A stretch of 64,000 bases of DNA from an uncultured Phycisphaerales bacterium (GCA_963718665.1 OY970359.1:2176001-2240000), one strand, 5' to 3'; positions 29,547 to 40,457 are shown, numbered from the stretch's first letter. Notes: generated by a model from the sequence alone, not told the origin. Made by a program: numbers and translations.

Positions 29547-31445
29547 TCAGAATAGACCTGCTGTAGTAGCACCGCCCCCGGGCGCAATATAGTCCATTAG
29601 CCAGTTATCGGCGAGGACATACAGGTCTTTTTCGTCGATTACGCCGTCGCCCGGTGTCGATGAGATATCGCAATTGGCGTCCCAGTTGGTATCGCCTGAA
29701 TGGCTGCGCCAGGCCTTTGCCAGTATGGCGAAGTCCTTGAAATCGACAAACCCGTCATAATTGAGGTCTGCCCAGCCAGGCGCGCTTGTAGTAAGCTCAA
29801 TTCCATTTCCCGTGCCGAGATTGCGTGTGTACTGCTTGTCGGTTGCGTTATTCCAGTGCTCGTGAACGCCCAAACTTGCGGTCAAACCCCCGTTGTGGTT
29901 TGGGTCATAGGTAGTCCCCGACGGGGGATTGGGAATTAAAGCGGCTTCGTGCAGATAGTCATGAGCACCGGATTTGTGCGGGTATCCGTTCATATTTGGG
30001 TCGTCAGGATTTGCGGCATTCCATTCATTGTACATAAAATCATAAGCGACCGAATCGGCTGCTATCTGGTCCATAGAAAGAAAAATGCTGGATGGCCAGT
30101 TACCGTTGAACGGGGTCATATTCCATTTGATCGGGTGGGAATCCCAGCTTCGGCCGGCATATAGGCCGTCGATAAGCGCAAGCAGCGTTTTGCCGCCTAA
30201 ACGGGGATGACCCATCAAATCGACAATCGCCCTGTAGTGTCCCATCCCAGGCGTTTCTGTCGCTCTCGTCCAGTGTGTGCTGTAATAGCCGCTGTCGGTG
30301 GGGTTTCGGATCAGAGAGCCATAGTGATTTTTACCGCAGACGGTGATACCGCCGTCGTTGTGGCTTTTGAGTGTAGGAAAGTCTATAAAATAGGCCGCCT
30401 GAGAAAAGTGTGTTGGGATGTAGTCCTGATTTGTGACTCCGCTAAAGTGGGAAGAAGTTGGGTCGCTCCAGTAGAATGGAGAGTTTGTGTCGTATGCGAC
30501 ATTGGTTCTTCCGGTAAAAGAATATCCGGGCATTGTGAGGTAAACGACACCCGGGCAATTGGGGCCGACCATATTATACCAGTAGTTGGGCATTTCTTTA
30601 CCGGGGTCACCTATGCTTATATTGTTTGGACTGACTCCGGCGACATTAGTCAGTTGTTTTAAAAGGGCTATTGTGAGCTGAGGCGATTCGTCTATTTCGC
30701 TGAGGAGAGACGCTGGTTTATTCCCATCAGTAGGATTGGAATACATCAACGTAAAGTTAATTTTTATAGCGATTTTTTCGCCCTGCGTATAGCCAACATT
30801 TCCCTTGCCGATTTGCTGGTTGAAGTTTCTGAATATTGCATCCCATGCGGCAGAGTCGGTACTTTTGCCAGTCAGTGAGCGAAGCGCCTTTGAGAGCATA
30901 TCATTGACAACTTGCTGATTGGTGCAGGTATTTGAATACCAGTAAGGTGGATTATTATTGCCGTCTGAGCCGGGCCAACTTGCGGCATTGGGGTCGTAAA
31001 TCCAGGCCACCCGGCCTGGGTGAACGCCCTTGCCGACTCCAATTGGGGCATTTGCGGGGTGCGGATCGTCAGCTCCATATGATATTTTCTGATCTGTGCT
31101 GCTCATTGCGGCCCAGATGAAGCCGACGCTGGCGACGATGCAGATTGCCGCCAGGACATAGCGTGCCCGCACAAGATGACGTTTTGCCTTATGAAATGCG
31201 ATGGTTGAGGCAGCCAGACCAACAAGCCAGACGATGAAGCCCGACGCGAGCGGAAACGCTACCCGCTGACAGGGATACGCCGCCCGCGATGGCTTGGGTA
31301 TCACGCGGATTAAAAACCAGATTAATGCAGCCAGACCCGTGAACGGGAACAGCCACCACGCCCACTTTTTGTTGTGAACCGGGTTGATTATTTTACCTGT
31401 TTTGGGACAAACACGCGGCTGGGCTTCTTTTTTTAAAAACGACAT
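29547..31445 (-). CDS. Membrane-anchored DUF362 protein with C-terminal dockerin/EF-hand-like domain
   Basis: VIPKPSRAAYPCQR, GVHPGRV, IAIKIN, LKSH, KNHYG, GVHEHWNN; DLNYDGFVDFKD repeat. Confidence 0.8.
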   Translation of the reverse strand: MSFLKKEAQPRVCPKTGKIINPVHNKKWAWWLFPFTGLAALIWFLIRVIPKPSRAAYPCQRVAFPLASGFIVWLVGLAASTIAFHKAKRHLVRARYVLAAICIVASVGFIWAAMSSTDQKISYGADDPHPANAPIGVGKGVHPGRVAWIYDPNAASWPGSDGNNNPPYWYSNTCTNQQVVNDMLSKALRSLTGKSTDSAAWDAIFRNFNQQIGKGNVGYTQGEKIAIKINFTLMYSNPTDGNKPASLLSEIDESPQLTIALLKQLTNVAGVSPNNISIGDPGKEMPNYWYNMVGPNCPGVVYLTMPGYSFTGRTNVAYDTNSPFYWSDPTSSHFSGVTNQDYIPTHFSQAAYFIDFPTLKSHNDGGITVCGKNHYGSLIRNPTDSGYYSTHWTRATETPGMGHYRAIVDLMGHPRLGGKTLLALIDGLYAGRSWDSHPIKWNMTPFNGNWPSSIFLSMDQIAADSVAYDFMYNEWNAANPDDPNMNGYPHKSGAHDYLHEAALIPNPPSGTTYDPNHNGGLTASLGVHEHWNNATDKQYTRNLGTGNGIELTTSAPGWADLNYDGFVDFKDFAILAKAWRSHSGDTNWDANCDISSTPGDGVIDEKDLYVLADNWLMDYIAPGGGATTAGLF

Positions 31446-31587
31446 CACCGACTCTCCTTTTTAGGGTGCAGATTTAAGAATGGTTGTATCAATTAGTTTA
31501 CCAAGAATAAGGGGCTGAATCAATGGATTTATGGCCTTTCTATGTTGGGTGTTGGAAATTGGACATTATTCCGTCCTCTGTTCTCCG

Positions 31588-32592
<1,005 letters not shown>

Positions 32593-32609
32593 TCATCGCT
32601 TCTTTACAT

Positions 32610-32637
32610 AAAAAAAGGATGGCACAAAGACCATCCT
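32610..32637 (-). terminator. intrinsic terminator between rpmA and obgE
   Basis: AGGATGG-tctttgtg-CCATCCT followed by a T-tract on the minus strand. Confidence 0.65.
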
Positions 32638-32662
32638 CTCATCGGTAATCCTTTTGTTTTAT

Positions 32663-32896
32663 TTATACGACGTTTACTTTTCGGCCCGCAATCTGGACTT
32701 TGCCTTCGCTGACTGCGAAAAGCGTATAATCCCTGCCCATCTGGACGTTCTTGCCTGCGAAAAACTTCGTGCCGCACTGCCTGACGATGATACTGCCTGC
32801 CTTGGCTATTTCGCCCGCATATAGCTTGACGCCCCGATATTTCGGGTTGCTGTCTCTGCCGTTTCTTGTTGACCCTTGTCCCTTTTTATGTGCCAT
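32663..32896 (-). CDS. rpmA: 50S ribosomal protein L27
   Basis: [16 protein letters not shown]...GRDYTLFA. Confidence 0.98.
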   Translation of the reverse strand: MAHKKGQGSTRNGRDSNPKYRGVKLYAGEIAKAGSIIVRQCGTKFFAGKNVQMGRDYTLFAVSEGKVQIAGRKVNVV

Positions 32897-33008
32897 AATT
32901 TTACCTCGTTGTTTCTATTGTCATAACAGCTTCTATTTTAGCCAAAACCAGCATTCTAACGATTGCTGGACCGGTTGTCCAATAGATTTTTCGCAAAAAA
33001 TGGTGGTT

Positions 33009-33686
33009 TCAGCGTTCTGCTTCTACGATTGCCTTCATTTGTGGTAGGGGAATCATACCTTCGGTCGCCAGCTTTATTTTGCCGTCGGGAGCGATAAAGA
33101 AGCTGCATGGTATGCCGTCTATAAGATTGTAGGGTCTGGGCATAATTGCCTGGTTGGTCGCGGTAACGGGATAGTTGATAGCCGGGTTTGTCGCGACGAA
33201 CTTTCTGACGCGTTCAGGGGTGTTCCTCTGGTCGGTGTAGGATATGCCCAGAATCACGAGTTTGTCTTCGCCGATTTGCTTTCTCAGCTCAATGATATAC
33301 GGTATTTCCGCGACGCAGGGCCCGCACCATGTCGCCCAGAACGTCAGCATCACAGTTTTGCCTTTATATTCGCCCAGCGTATGCTTTTTATCGTTGATAT
33401 CCATAACGGTGAAATCCGGCGCGTTTTTCCCGTACCATTCGGTAAAAGTGGGTTCCCAGCTTGTGGCCCGGCGGATTATTTCGTTTAAGGTGGGCTTCTG
33501 TATAGTGGATTTAGATGTCGGCTGACTGTTGCTATCTGTCTTCACGCCGTTACTATCCGTTTTCTGTTCTATGTTGTCTGTATTCTGTCCTCCGATTGCC
33601 GGCTGTTTTTTATTGTAGAGAATCAACCCAGTTACCAGAATAACTGCGACAACCCAGATTCCGTATTTTATTCTGCTCTGTGCCAT
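33009..33686 (-). CDS. TlpA/ResA-like thiol-disulfide oxidoreductase
   Basis: N-terminal [18 protein letters not shown] cis-Pro motif. Confidence 0.9.
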   Translation of the reverse strand: MAQSRIKYGIWVVAVILVTGLILYNKKQPAIGGQNTDNIEQKTDSNGVKTDSNSQPTSKSTIQKPTLNEIIRRATSWEPTFTEWYGKNAPDFTVMDINDKKHTLGEYKGKTVMLTFWATWCGPCVAEIPYIIELRKQIGEDKLVILGISYTDQRNTPERVRKFVATNPAINYPVTATNQAIMPRPYNLIDGIPCSFFIAPDGKIKLATEGMIPLPQMKAIVEAER

Positions 33687-33692
33687 ATCGGA

Positions 33693-33721
33693 ATTATACA
33701 GGCCAATGCCCTGATTTACAA
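33693..33721 (-). promoter_or_regulatory. sigma70 promoter, probably producing leaderless mRNA
   Basis: TTGTAA-N17-TATAAT, then 6 nt to the ATG at 33686; no Shine-Dalgarno. Confidence 0.65.
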
Positions 33722-33737
33722 AAAAATTATGCCTCAT

Positions 33738-33812
33738 GTCTGTGGTCTTCCGTCCTCAGTCCTCTGTCCTCCGTCTTCTGCCTTCTTCCTTGCGTCTTTC
33801 GTCTTTGGTCTA
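33738..33812. repeat. 7-bp periodic degenerate repeat
   Basis: gtctgtg gtcttcc gtcctca gtcctct gtcctcc gtcttct gccttct. Confidence 0.7.
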
Positions 33813-33824
33813 TAGTATGAAGAT

Positions 33825-34061
33825 ATGGACGACGGAACTGAACTCGACCTTGGCCCGCAGCCGATTGCTGCAATCTTGGCGAAGCTGAATTTGAAGTCGC
33901 ACGACCTTGTCGCTGCCTCAACGCACCAGCTTACGCACAAAATGGTCTCGCGTGCCGCAAAAGGCAGACGACTGACTCTTAATACCCAGACCAAAGTCCT
34001 CAATGCCCTCAATACTGCCGCAGGCAAAAATTATTCACTTCGCGATTTGTTCAACTATTGA
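33825..34061 (+). CDS. Small hypothetical protein, possibly HTH-like
   Basis: 78-aa ORF with plausible composition, preceded by TTGCGT-N17-TAGTAT-N6-ATG. Confidence 0.65.
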   Translation: MDDGTELDLGPQPIAAILAKLNLKSHDLVAASTHQLTHKMVSRAAKGRRLTLNTQTKVLNALNTAAGKNYSLRDLFNY

Positions 34062-34168
34062 CGCTTCCGGCGGATTGGACATTGAACATTTAATATTGGA
34101 TATTTAACATTTCTTAACGCTTCCCCTTGTTTCCACCCAAATTAAGGGTAGAATTTATCCTATGAGAT

Positions 34169-34293
34169 GTTTACCCGGTGGGATGCATTTTCTGCTATCC
34201 CATAGTGTGGTTTACCATGTGGGATGCGTCTTCTGCTATCCCACAGTGTGGTTTACCCGGTGGGATGCATCTTTTGCTATCCCCCCGGGGCAG
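34169..34293 (+). repeat. Three tandem ~41-bp palindromic repeats
   Basis: Units start at 34169, 34210 and 34251: GTTTACC-ng-GTGGGATGC-n5/6-TGCTATCCC. Confidence 0.9.
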
Positions 34294-34378
34294 GTTGAAA
34301 AATAAGGGTGGCCTTGGTTTTGTTTGGGTAGACGAATGAACAGTAGTTATAGAACATTAGTTTTTCGGAGGGTTTTAT

Positions 34379-37087
34379 ATGAGCAATGAGACGACTATCA
34401 CCAAAGGGGCGAGATTCTACAAATCAGATCTCCATCTTCACACACCTGCATCGAAGTGTTGGAAAGGAGAAAGAAACGAACAAGAATTGGAGAAGATTTT
34501 TACAAAATTAGCGAGTGAACATATTGAAGTTGTTGCTATTACAGACCATAACAGCGTTGAGAACATAGAGGCATGCAAAAAACTTGGGAAAACAAATGAA
34601 ATCATTATATATCCTGGAACTGAAGTCAGTACGAAAGAAGGGCACGTCCTTGCAATATTTGATCCGAATAAGAGCACAGAAGATATAAAAAATTGGCTAG
34701 TAAGGATAGGAATAAAGGAATCTGAACAAGGAAATGCAGAAGTCATCGCAAAAGACCATGAAGGGGGTCAGCTTTCAATTGAGAAGGTTTTTAAATCTAT
34801 TGAACAAGAAGGTGGCGTTGCGATTGCGCCACATCCCAATTCAAGAGGAACGGGTTTTTTTGAAATTCTAAAACAAAAAGGCCAAGCTCGGATTGATGCT
34901 TATAACTCACCCTATCTTAGAGGGCTGGAATTGGGCTCAAATAATATGCAGCTACTCAAATTGGCAAGAGGCGAAATAGCCGGATATGAGAAACGATATG
35001 GATGCGTAGCAGGTTCCGATGCGCATAGCATAGAAGAAATTGGGCGAGAATATACATACATTAAATTAGGTGATTTCGGTATAGGCGCGCTTAAACAAGT
35101 ATTTTATGACCCTGACATGAGAATACGATTCAAAGACGAATATCCCGTTAAAACCCATGCGTGGATTGAATGTTTGGGAGTAAGTCAGGGTTTTTTTGAT
35201 GGGACCCTATTTAACTTTCATCCTGATATGAATTCAATCGTAGGGGGAAAGGCAGTCGGCAAATCTCTTCTTATTGAGCTAATTAAATTTGCGCTTGGAA
35301 TCAAATCGCCACTCGAAAAAATAAATCAACAATCTTTAGATATGATGCAAGCTCGCACATGTCTCGGAGACGGCGGGACTGTGATAGTTTATATACAAAC
35401 ATCTAATGGTGAAAAATATAGAGTACAACGCACACTAAGTGATTTAGATCGCGGCCCCGAAGTTTTCTATGGTGATACAGAAACTAAAGCGGGTTATCAA
35501 GTAAATGATATTTTCCCATGTCACGTATATAGTCAGAATGAAATCGCACAATTGGGTAACAATCTTCCAGCTTTATTAGATTGGCTTGATGCGTTTTTAG
35601 ATCTTAATCCTGAACGTACAGAAATTGCAAGAATACGATTAGAAGCTAAAGGTTTACTGAAAAAACTTGATGGAAAATATATAACCGCACTGAAAATCGA
35701 GCCACTTGAAAAAAGCATAAAAGAGCTTGTAGAAAAGAAAAAGTTATTAGATAGCAAAGTGAAAGAGCCAATTCTTCAGACATTTCCACAATGGCAACAA
35801 GAAGAACGACAACTCCGTGAGATGCAAACAGGATTAAATAAATTGGTGCAAGAGGTGATTCAGCCATTGGAGGAAATTAATGTTGAAGAATATTTGCCAA
35901 ATAAGCAGGAAAAAACTCCTAATGCCTCAACGATAAACAAAGAAAGAGAAGAGTTGCTTAAATTGAGCACAGATTTTGCATCTGCAGGAGAAACTCTTAA
36001 AAAAGCCGTTCATACTAAACAAAAATCGCTGGAAAATTATATCATTGGATGGCGACAAAAATATGATAAAGCAAAACAAGAATACACAAATGTAATTCAA
36101 TCCGCAGGAGTGAAAAATGCGTCTGCATTGACTTCTGAATTGAATAAATGTATCCAAGCTATCGAAGGCACAGAAAAAGAGTTAAATAATGCAAAGGTTG
36201 CAAGACGAGAAGAGATTGCACTTGAACAAACATTTTTAAATACATTTATTCCTGCTTATACAGGGTGTTTTGGTAAAATCTTTGAGAAGCGTCTAGGAAA
36301 AGCAAATCAAATCAGCGAGTCATTGGAATCTTTTGTGAAAATTGGCGTACAACAAATGAATGATAGAACAGAATTCGTAAATTTAGTTCATGATATTGCA
36401 AAAGGAAGTGGATTACGTAAAGAGCAATGTGATCAAATTGCATTAAAGATGACACCGGTTAAATTAGGTGAATTAATTATAGCAAAAAATGCGAAGCAGT
36501 TTGAACAAATGTCGGGAATAGCTGAGAATAAGGCGGCTATTTTCATTGAAAATGCATGGTCGAGATCTATGGATGAAGAGGAATTGGCCCGCCCGTCAAA
36601 AATATATCAGATTATGCTTACGGAATTGAAAGATACAGTTACAGTTGAACTCAAGGTAGATGAGGGAACATATAAGCCAATGAAAGACCTTTCAGGTGGA
36701 TCGAAGTGTACAGCTATTCTTTCGGTTGCTCTGGTCGAAGGAGAATATCCATTAATTGTAGACCAACCAGAAGATGCACTAGATAATCCATTTGTATTCG
36801 AGCGGATTGTAAAAACAGTCAGAAAAACTAAATCTAATAGACAATATATTTTTGCAACGCATAACCCAAATGTAGCAGTCGCAAGTGATGCAGATTTGAT
36901 ATATTGTTTAAAAGCAACTGCGAGCCAAGGAAGCATCGACAAACACGGTTCAATTGACGACATAACAACAAGAGATAGAGTTGTAGCAAACTTGGAAGGA
37001 GGCGAAAGTGCTTTCAGGCTGCGCAGCCAGAAGTATAACATTATAATAGAGGATCCCAATGCAATTGTAATTGGTATGGGAAAATGA
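34379..37087 (+). CDS. PHP phosphoesterase plus coiled-coil ABC/SMC-type ATPase (Ppl/TrlF-like, putative anti-phage)
   Basis: DLHLHTPAS, TDHN, GH, APHP, GSDAH; Walker A GGKAVGKS, LSGG, IVDQPED, ATHN; visibly AT-rich. Confidence 0.85.
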   Translation: MSNETTITKGARFYKSDLHLHTPASKCWKGERNEQELEKIFTKLASEHIEVVAITDHNSVENIEACKKLGKTNEIIIYPGTEVSTKEGHVLAIFDPNKSTEDIKNWLVRIGIKESEQGNAEVIAKDHEGGQLSIEKVFKSIEQEGGVAIAPHPNSRGTGFFEILKQKGQARIDAYNSPYLRGLELGSNNMQLLKLARGEIAGYEKRYGCVAGSDAHSIEEIGREYTYIKLGDFGIGALKQVFYDPDMRIRFKDEYPVKTHAWIECLGVSQGFFDGTLFNFHPDMNSIVGGKAVGKSLLIELIKFALGIKSPLEKINQQSLDMMQARTCLGDGGTVIVYIQTSNGEKYRVQRTLSDLDRGPEVFYGDTETKAGYQVNDIFPCHVYSQNEIAQLGNNLPALLDWLDAFLDLNPERTEIARIRLEAKGLLKKLDGKYITALKIEPLEKSIKELVEKKKLLDSKVKEPILQTFPQWQQEERQLREMQTGLNKLVQEVIQPLEEINVEEYLPNKQEKTPNASTINKEREELLKLSTDFASAGETLKKAVHTKQKSLENYIIGWRQKYDKAKQEYTNVIQSAGVKNASALTSELNKCIQAIEGTEKELNNAKVARREEIALEQTFLNTFIPAYTGCFGKIFEKRLGKANQISESLESFVKIGVQQMNDRTEFVNLVHDIAKGSGLRKEQCDQIALKMTPVKLGELIIAKNAKQFEQMSGIAENKAAIFIENAWSRSMDEEELARPSKIYQIMLTELKDTVTVELKVDEGTYKPMKDLSGGSKCTAILSVALVEGEYPLIVDQPEDALDNPFVFERIVKTVRKTKSNRQYIFATHNPNVAVASDADLIYCLKATASQGSIDKHGSIDDITTRDRVVANLEGGESAFRLRSQKYNIIIEDPNAIVIGMGK

Positions 37088-37460
37088 GTTCAGTCATTTT
37101 CCCGACCTTTTGGAAAACATAGGGATAGCCAAATATTTCCACAAATAATTGATATTGATGGTACTTGCTCACCACCAATACCGTGATCGTCTATGAGTAT
37201 CTTTGATCATCTTGTGTCTTCACGCTTTCCGGTTTTTAATTGAAAATCCCCCTAAAAGCACGAAACTATTTTTTGTAGCGTAAGCTTCCTCATCCTCCCG
37301 CCAGTCCTCGACTTAAGCTTCGTTAGGAACCGCAATCGGGGATCCAGCTTTTTGCCTTTTGCATTTTGCTTTTTGCATTGAAAAAACCCATCAAAGCACT
37401 AAACTGTCTGGTTCCATAAACATGCGCTATTATAACCGGACTAATGATGAAAGGATGTAT

Positions 37461-38915
37461 ATGGCTGGCAAACAAATTCAGTTCTACTATAAGAATGTAA
37501 TGGCTGACGTAATCGGCCCCGAACACGGCATAACCGCTCAGCAGTTAGATGAATTAGCGAGAGAAACTTCGCCTCTCATTCCCAAAATCAAAGACGAAAT
37601 CCTCACAGGCAACTCCCGCTATGGCCTCCTCCCTGGCGACCCGCAAATCGCCAAAAGCGTCAAAGCGTTAGTCAAGCACTTCAAGCCCAAATGCGAAAAC
37701 CTCGTCGTCTTCGGCATAGGCGGCTCCGCACTCGGCAATATCGCCCTGCAAAACGCACTCAATCCATTTACCTATAATTTAGACAACAACAAGCGCAAAG
37801 GTCGGAGATCTCGCCAACAGGCGGACCCGCGTCTTTTCGTCTTTGATAACGTTGACCCCGCGCAATTCGGCTCATTTCTCGACTTCATCACGCCTCGCTT
37901 AGGCAAAACCGTCTTCAATGTCATCAGCAAATCGGGCCAGACCGCCGAAACCGCCTCGCAGTTTATGATTGTCCAGAAAATGTTAGAAACCCGCTTCGGC
38001 AAAGAAAAACTCAAGGACCGCGTCGTCGCGACCACCGACCTCGAAAAAGGCACGCTCCGCAAAATCGCTACCGACGCCGGCCTGCACACGCTCGTCGTTC
38101 CCGATGGGGTAGGGGGGCGATTCAGCGTTCTCTCAGCCGTAGGCCTTTTCAGCGCAGCCATGACGGGCATAAATATCGACCAGCTTCTCGCCGGCGCAAA
38201 AGATATGCACACCCGCGTAACGGAACCCGACTTCTTCAAAAACCCCGCCGCAATCAACGCCGCGATTCAAATCCACTATTACAACCGCAACAAAAGAATA
38301 TCCGTGATGATGCCCTACAGTTCCGCACTTTACAGTTTCGCCGACTGGTATCGCCAGCTTTGGGCAGAGTCGCTCGGCAAGAAATACTTCCTCGATGGCG
38401 GCGAGGCACACGTCGGCCCGACTCCTGTAAAGGCCCTCGGCGCAACCGACCAGCACAGCCAGGTTCAGTTGTATCGCGAAGGCCCAAATGACAAGATTTT
38501 TACGCTGCTCGAAATCCAGGATTTTGGCAGAAAAGTCAGGATTCCCGCTCCGCCCAAATCCGCTCCTGAGCTTGCCTATCTTGCCAAAAAAGATATGGGC
38601 GAATTGCTCAACGCCGAGAAAAAGGCCACCGAATACGCCTTATGTGCGAGCAATCGTCCCTGCGTAACGGTGCTTTTCCCCAAAATCGACGCCTATACCG
38701 TTGGCCAGTTCATATTCCTGTTCGAGGCGACGACCTCATTTGCCGGCGCCCTTTTGGACGTCAATACTTATGACCAGCCCGCGGTTGAGTTGGGCAAGCA
38801 GGCGACTTTCGCGCTTATGGGCAAAGCAGGCCAATACACCTCGGACAGGTCTTACGCTGATTTTGCCGCCGAGATTCGCGCCAAGACCGAATTTGACGCC
38901 AACTTCGTTATTTGA
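37461..38915 (+). CDS. pgi: Glucose-6-phosphate isomerase
   Basis: GIGGSALG, SKSGQTAET, GGRFSV, QLWAESLGK, DQHS, DQPAVELGK. Confidence 0.95.
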   Translation: MAGKQIQFYYKNVMADVIGPEHGITAQQLDELARETSPLIPKIKDEILTGNSRYGLLPGDPQIAKSVKALVKHFKPKCENLVVFGIGGSALGNIALQNALNPFTYNLDNNKRKGRRSRQQADPRLFVFDNVDPAQFGSFLDFITPRLGKTVFNVISKSGQTAETASQFMIVQKMLETRFGKEKLKDRVVATTDLEKGTLRKIATDAGLHTLVVPDGVGGRFSVLSAVGLFSAAMTGINIDQLLAGAKDMHTRVTEPDFFKNPAAINAAIQIHYYNRNKRISVMMPYSSALYSFADWYRQLWAESLGKKYFLDGGEAHVGPTPVKALGATDQHSQVQLYREGPNDKIFTLLEIQDFGRKVRIPAPPKSAPELAYLAKKDMGELLNAEKKATEYALCASNRPCVTVLFPKIDAYTVGQFIFLFEATTSFAGALLDVNTYDQPAVELGKQATFALMGKAGQYTSDRSYADFAAEIRAKTEFDANFVI

Positions 38916-39108
38916 TAACGAATTGACATCAAATTCATCCCCCTTGCCCTCGACGGATGCTCCTTTGGTTTGGCTATCGGGGGGCCTGCTGCTTCTTTGG
39001 TCCTGCAACAGGGGACCCAGTATTGGTTTAAACTTTGTGATTTAACGCAAGGTTACTATTGTTTTTTGGCGTCGCCGTGTTAAAATCCAGCCAGTATCCT
39101 TACGCTTA

Positions 39109-39186
39109 TGTCTTGTGTCTGTGGTCTTAGGTCTTATGTCTGGTGTCTTTTGTCTTGTGTTTGTGGTCTGGCGTCTTAGGTCTGTT
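39109..39186. repeat. 7-bp periodic degenerate repeat (~11 units)
   Basis: gtcttgt gtctgtg gtcttag gtcttat gtctggt gtctttt gtcttgt gtttgtg gtctggc gtcttag. Confidence 0.75.
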
Positions 39187-39224
39187 TCGAGGGTCGAAAT
39201 ACCTGTAGTGAGCGAGGTCGAACT

Positions 39225-40313
39225 ATGAATTACGCAGTGATTATGGCGGGCGGCACTGGCAAACGCCTCTGGCCCCTCAGTCGCAAATCCAGGCCGAAAC
39301 AAGTACTGAAACTTTTCCAGGGCCAGAACCTCCTGCGTTTGTGTTTCAATCGGCTTTCGCCGCTTTTCGACGCCCGCAACATCATCGTTCTGACGAATTC
39401 CGGCTATTCTGATACGGTCCGCGAATCAGTTACGGGCCTGCCGTATAATAATGTAATCTCTGAACCAGTCGTCCGCGATACCACCGGCGCGATAGGGCTC
39501 GCCGCATCGATACTCGCCAAAGTTGACCCCGACGCCTCAATGGCCGTCGTAACCGCGGACCAGATTATCGAGCCGGCTGAGGTTTTCCAGCAGGCCGTCA
39601 AAGACGCTCTCGCCTTCATCAACGCTAATCCCGACCGGCTGCTGACCTTTGGCATTAACCCTACATCTCCCAGTACGCAACTGGGTTATATTAAATGCTC
39701 AGCACCGAAAAAATACCCCAACTGTAAAAACGAAATCTTCACCGTCGATAGCTTCAAGGAAAAACCCAGCGAAGAGACCGCCCGGCGATATCTGGCAGAA
39801 GGCAAATACTTCTGGAATTCGGGCATCTTCGTCTGGAAGGCCAAAACCATCCTCGCCCTTATCAATAAATACCTGCCCGACGCTATTGACCCGCTCCGCA
39901 AGATTGCTACCGCTTGGGATGGGCCGAACCAGGAGCAGGCACTCAATGATTTCTTCCCGAAGCTGCCCAAAATAAGTATCGATTTCGCGGTGATGGAAAA
40001 AGCGCCTGGCGTCCACGCCATCAAACTCGACTGCCGCTGGCTCGACCTCGGCTCGTTTGCCGCTCTTGCCGATATTATCCAGTCCGACAAAAATAATAAT
40101 ATCGTCGTCGCAGCACAATCCGAATTGCTCGATTGCGAATCCAGCGTCTTTGTAACCGAGGACGCAGGCCACCTCATCGCGGGTATAGGACTTGAAAATA
40201 TGGTTGTCGCTCACAGCCCCGACGCGACGCTTGTCTGCCCCGTCGATAAGGCCTATCGGCTTAAAGAGCTTCTTGAGCTTATTGAGAAACGCACCGGGGA
40301 TAAATTCTTATAG
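39225..40313 (+). CDS. manC: Mannose-1-phosphate guanylyltransferase
   Basis: IMAGGTGKRLWPLSR, PKQ, FKEKP, WNSGIF, SIDFAVMEK, WLDLGS. Confidence 0.93.
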   Translation: MNYAVIMAGGTGKRLWPLSRKSRPKQVLKLFQGQNLLRLCFNRLSPLFDARNIIVLTNSGYSDTVRESVTGLPYNNVISEPVVRDTTGAIGLAASILAKVDPDASMAVVTADQIIEPAEVFQQAVKDALAFINANPDRLLTFGINPTSPSTQLGYIKCSAPKKYPNCKNEIFTVDSFKEKPSEETARRYLAEGKYFWNSGIFVWKAKTILALINKYLPDAIDPLRKIATAWDGPNQEQALNDFFPKLPKISIDFAVMEKAPGVHAIKLDCRWLDLGSFAALADIIQSDKNNNIVVAAQSELLDCESSVFVTEDAGHLIAGIGLENMVVAHSPDATLVCPVDKAYRLKELLELIEKRTGDKFL

Positions 40314-40405
40314 TTCTCACTGCGAAGAACACGAAGATTTTTAGACACGGATTTACACGGATTAACACTGTTTTTTGTTTTTAGCTTTTGCTTTTTTTAC
40401 TATGC

Positions 40406-40439
40406 AATCTCTGTGTCCTCTGTGCTCTCTGTGGCTAAA
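40406..40439. repeat. 34-bp repeat, left arm of an inverted pair around ruvX
   Basis: 32/34 identical to the reverse complement of 40966-40999. Confidence 0.8.
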
Positions 40440-40457
40440 TAGCTCTGTGGCAAAAAA

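Noticed and set aside
33727..33921. Small ORFs with KTEDRGLRTED- or RQKTPD-type peptides (also 39042-39302)
   Set aside because: These are translations of the heptamer repeat tracts, not genes.
34169..34293. CRISPR mini-array
   Set aside because: The units are contiguous with no unique spacers, and there are no cas genes in the window.
37090..37210. Possible 3' remnant of a convergent gene, or a partial inverted copy of the 41-bp repeat
   Set aside because: The frame is short and has no start, and the similarity is limited to about 8 nt (GGGATAGC).
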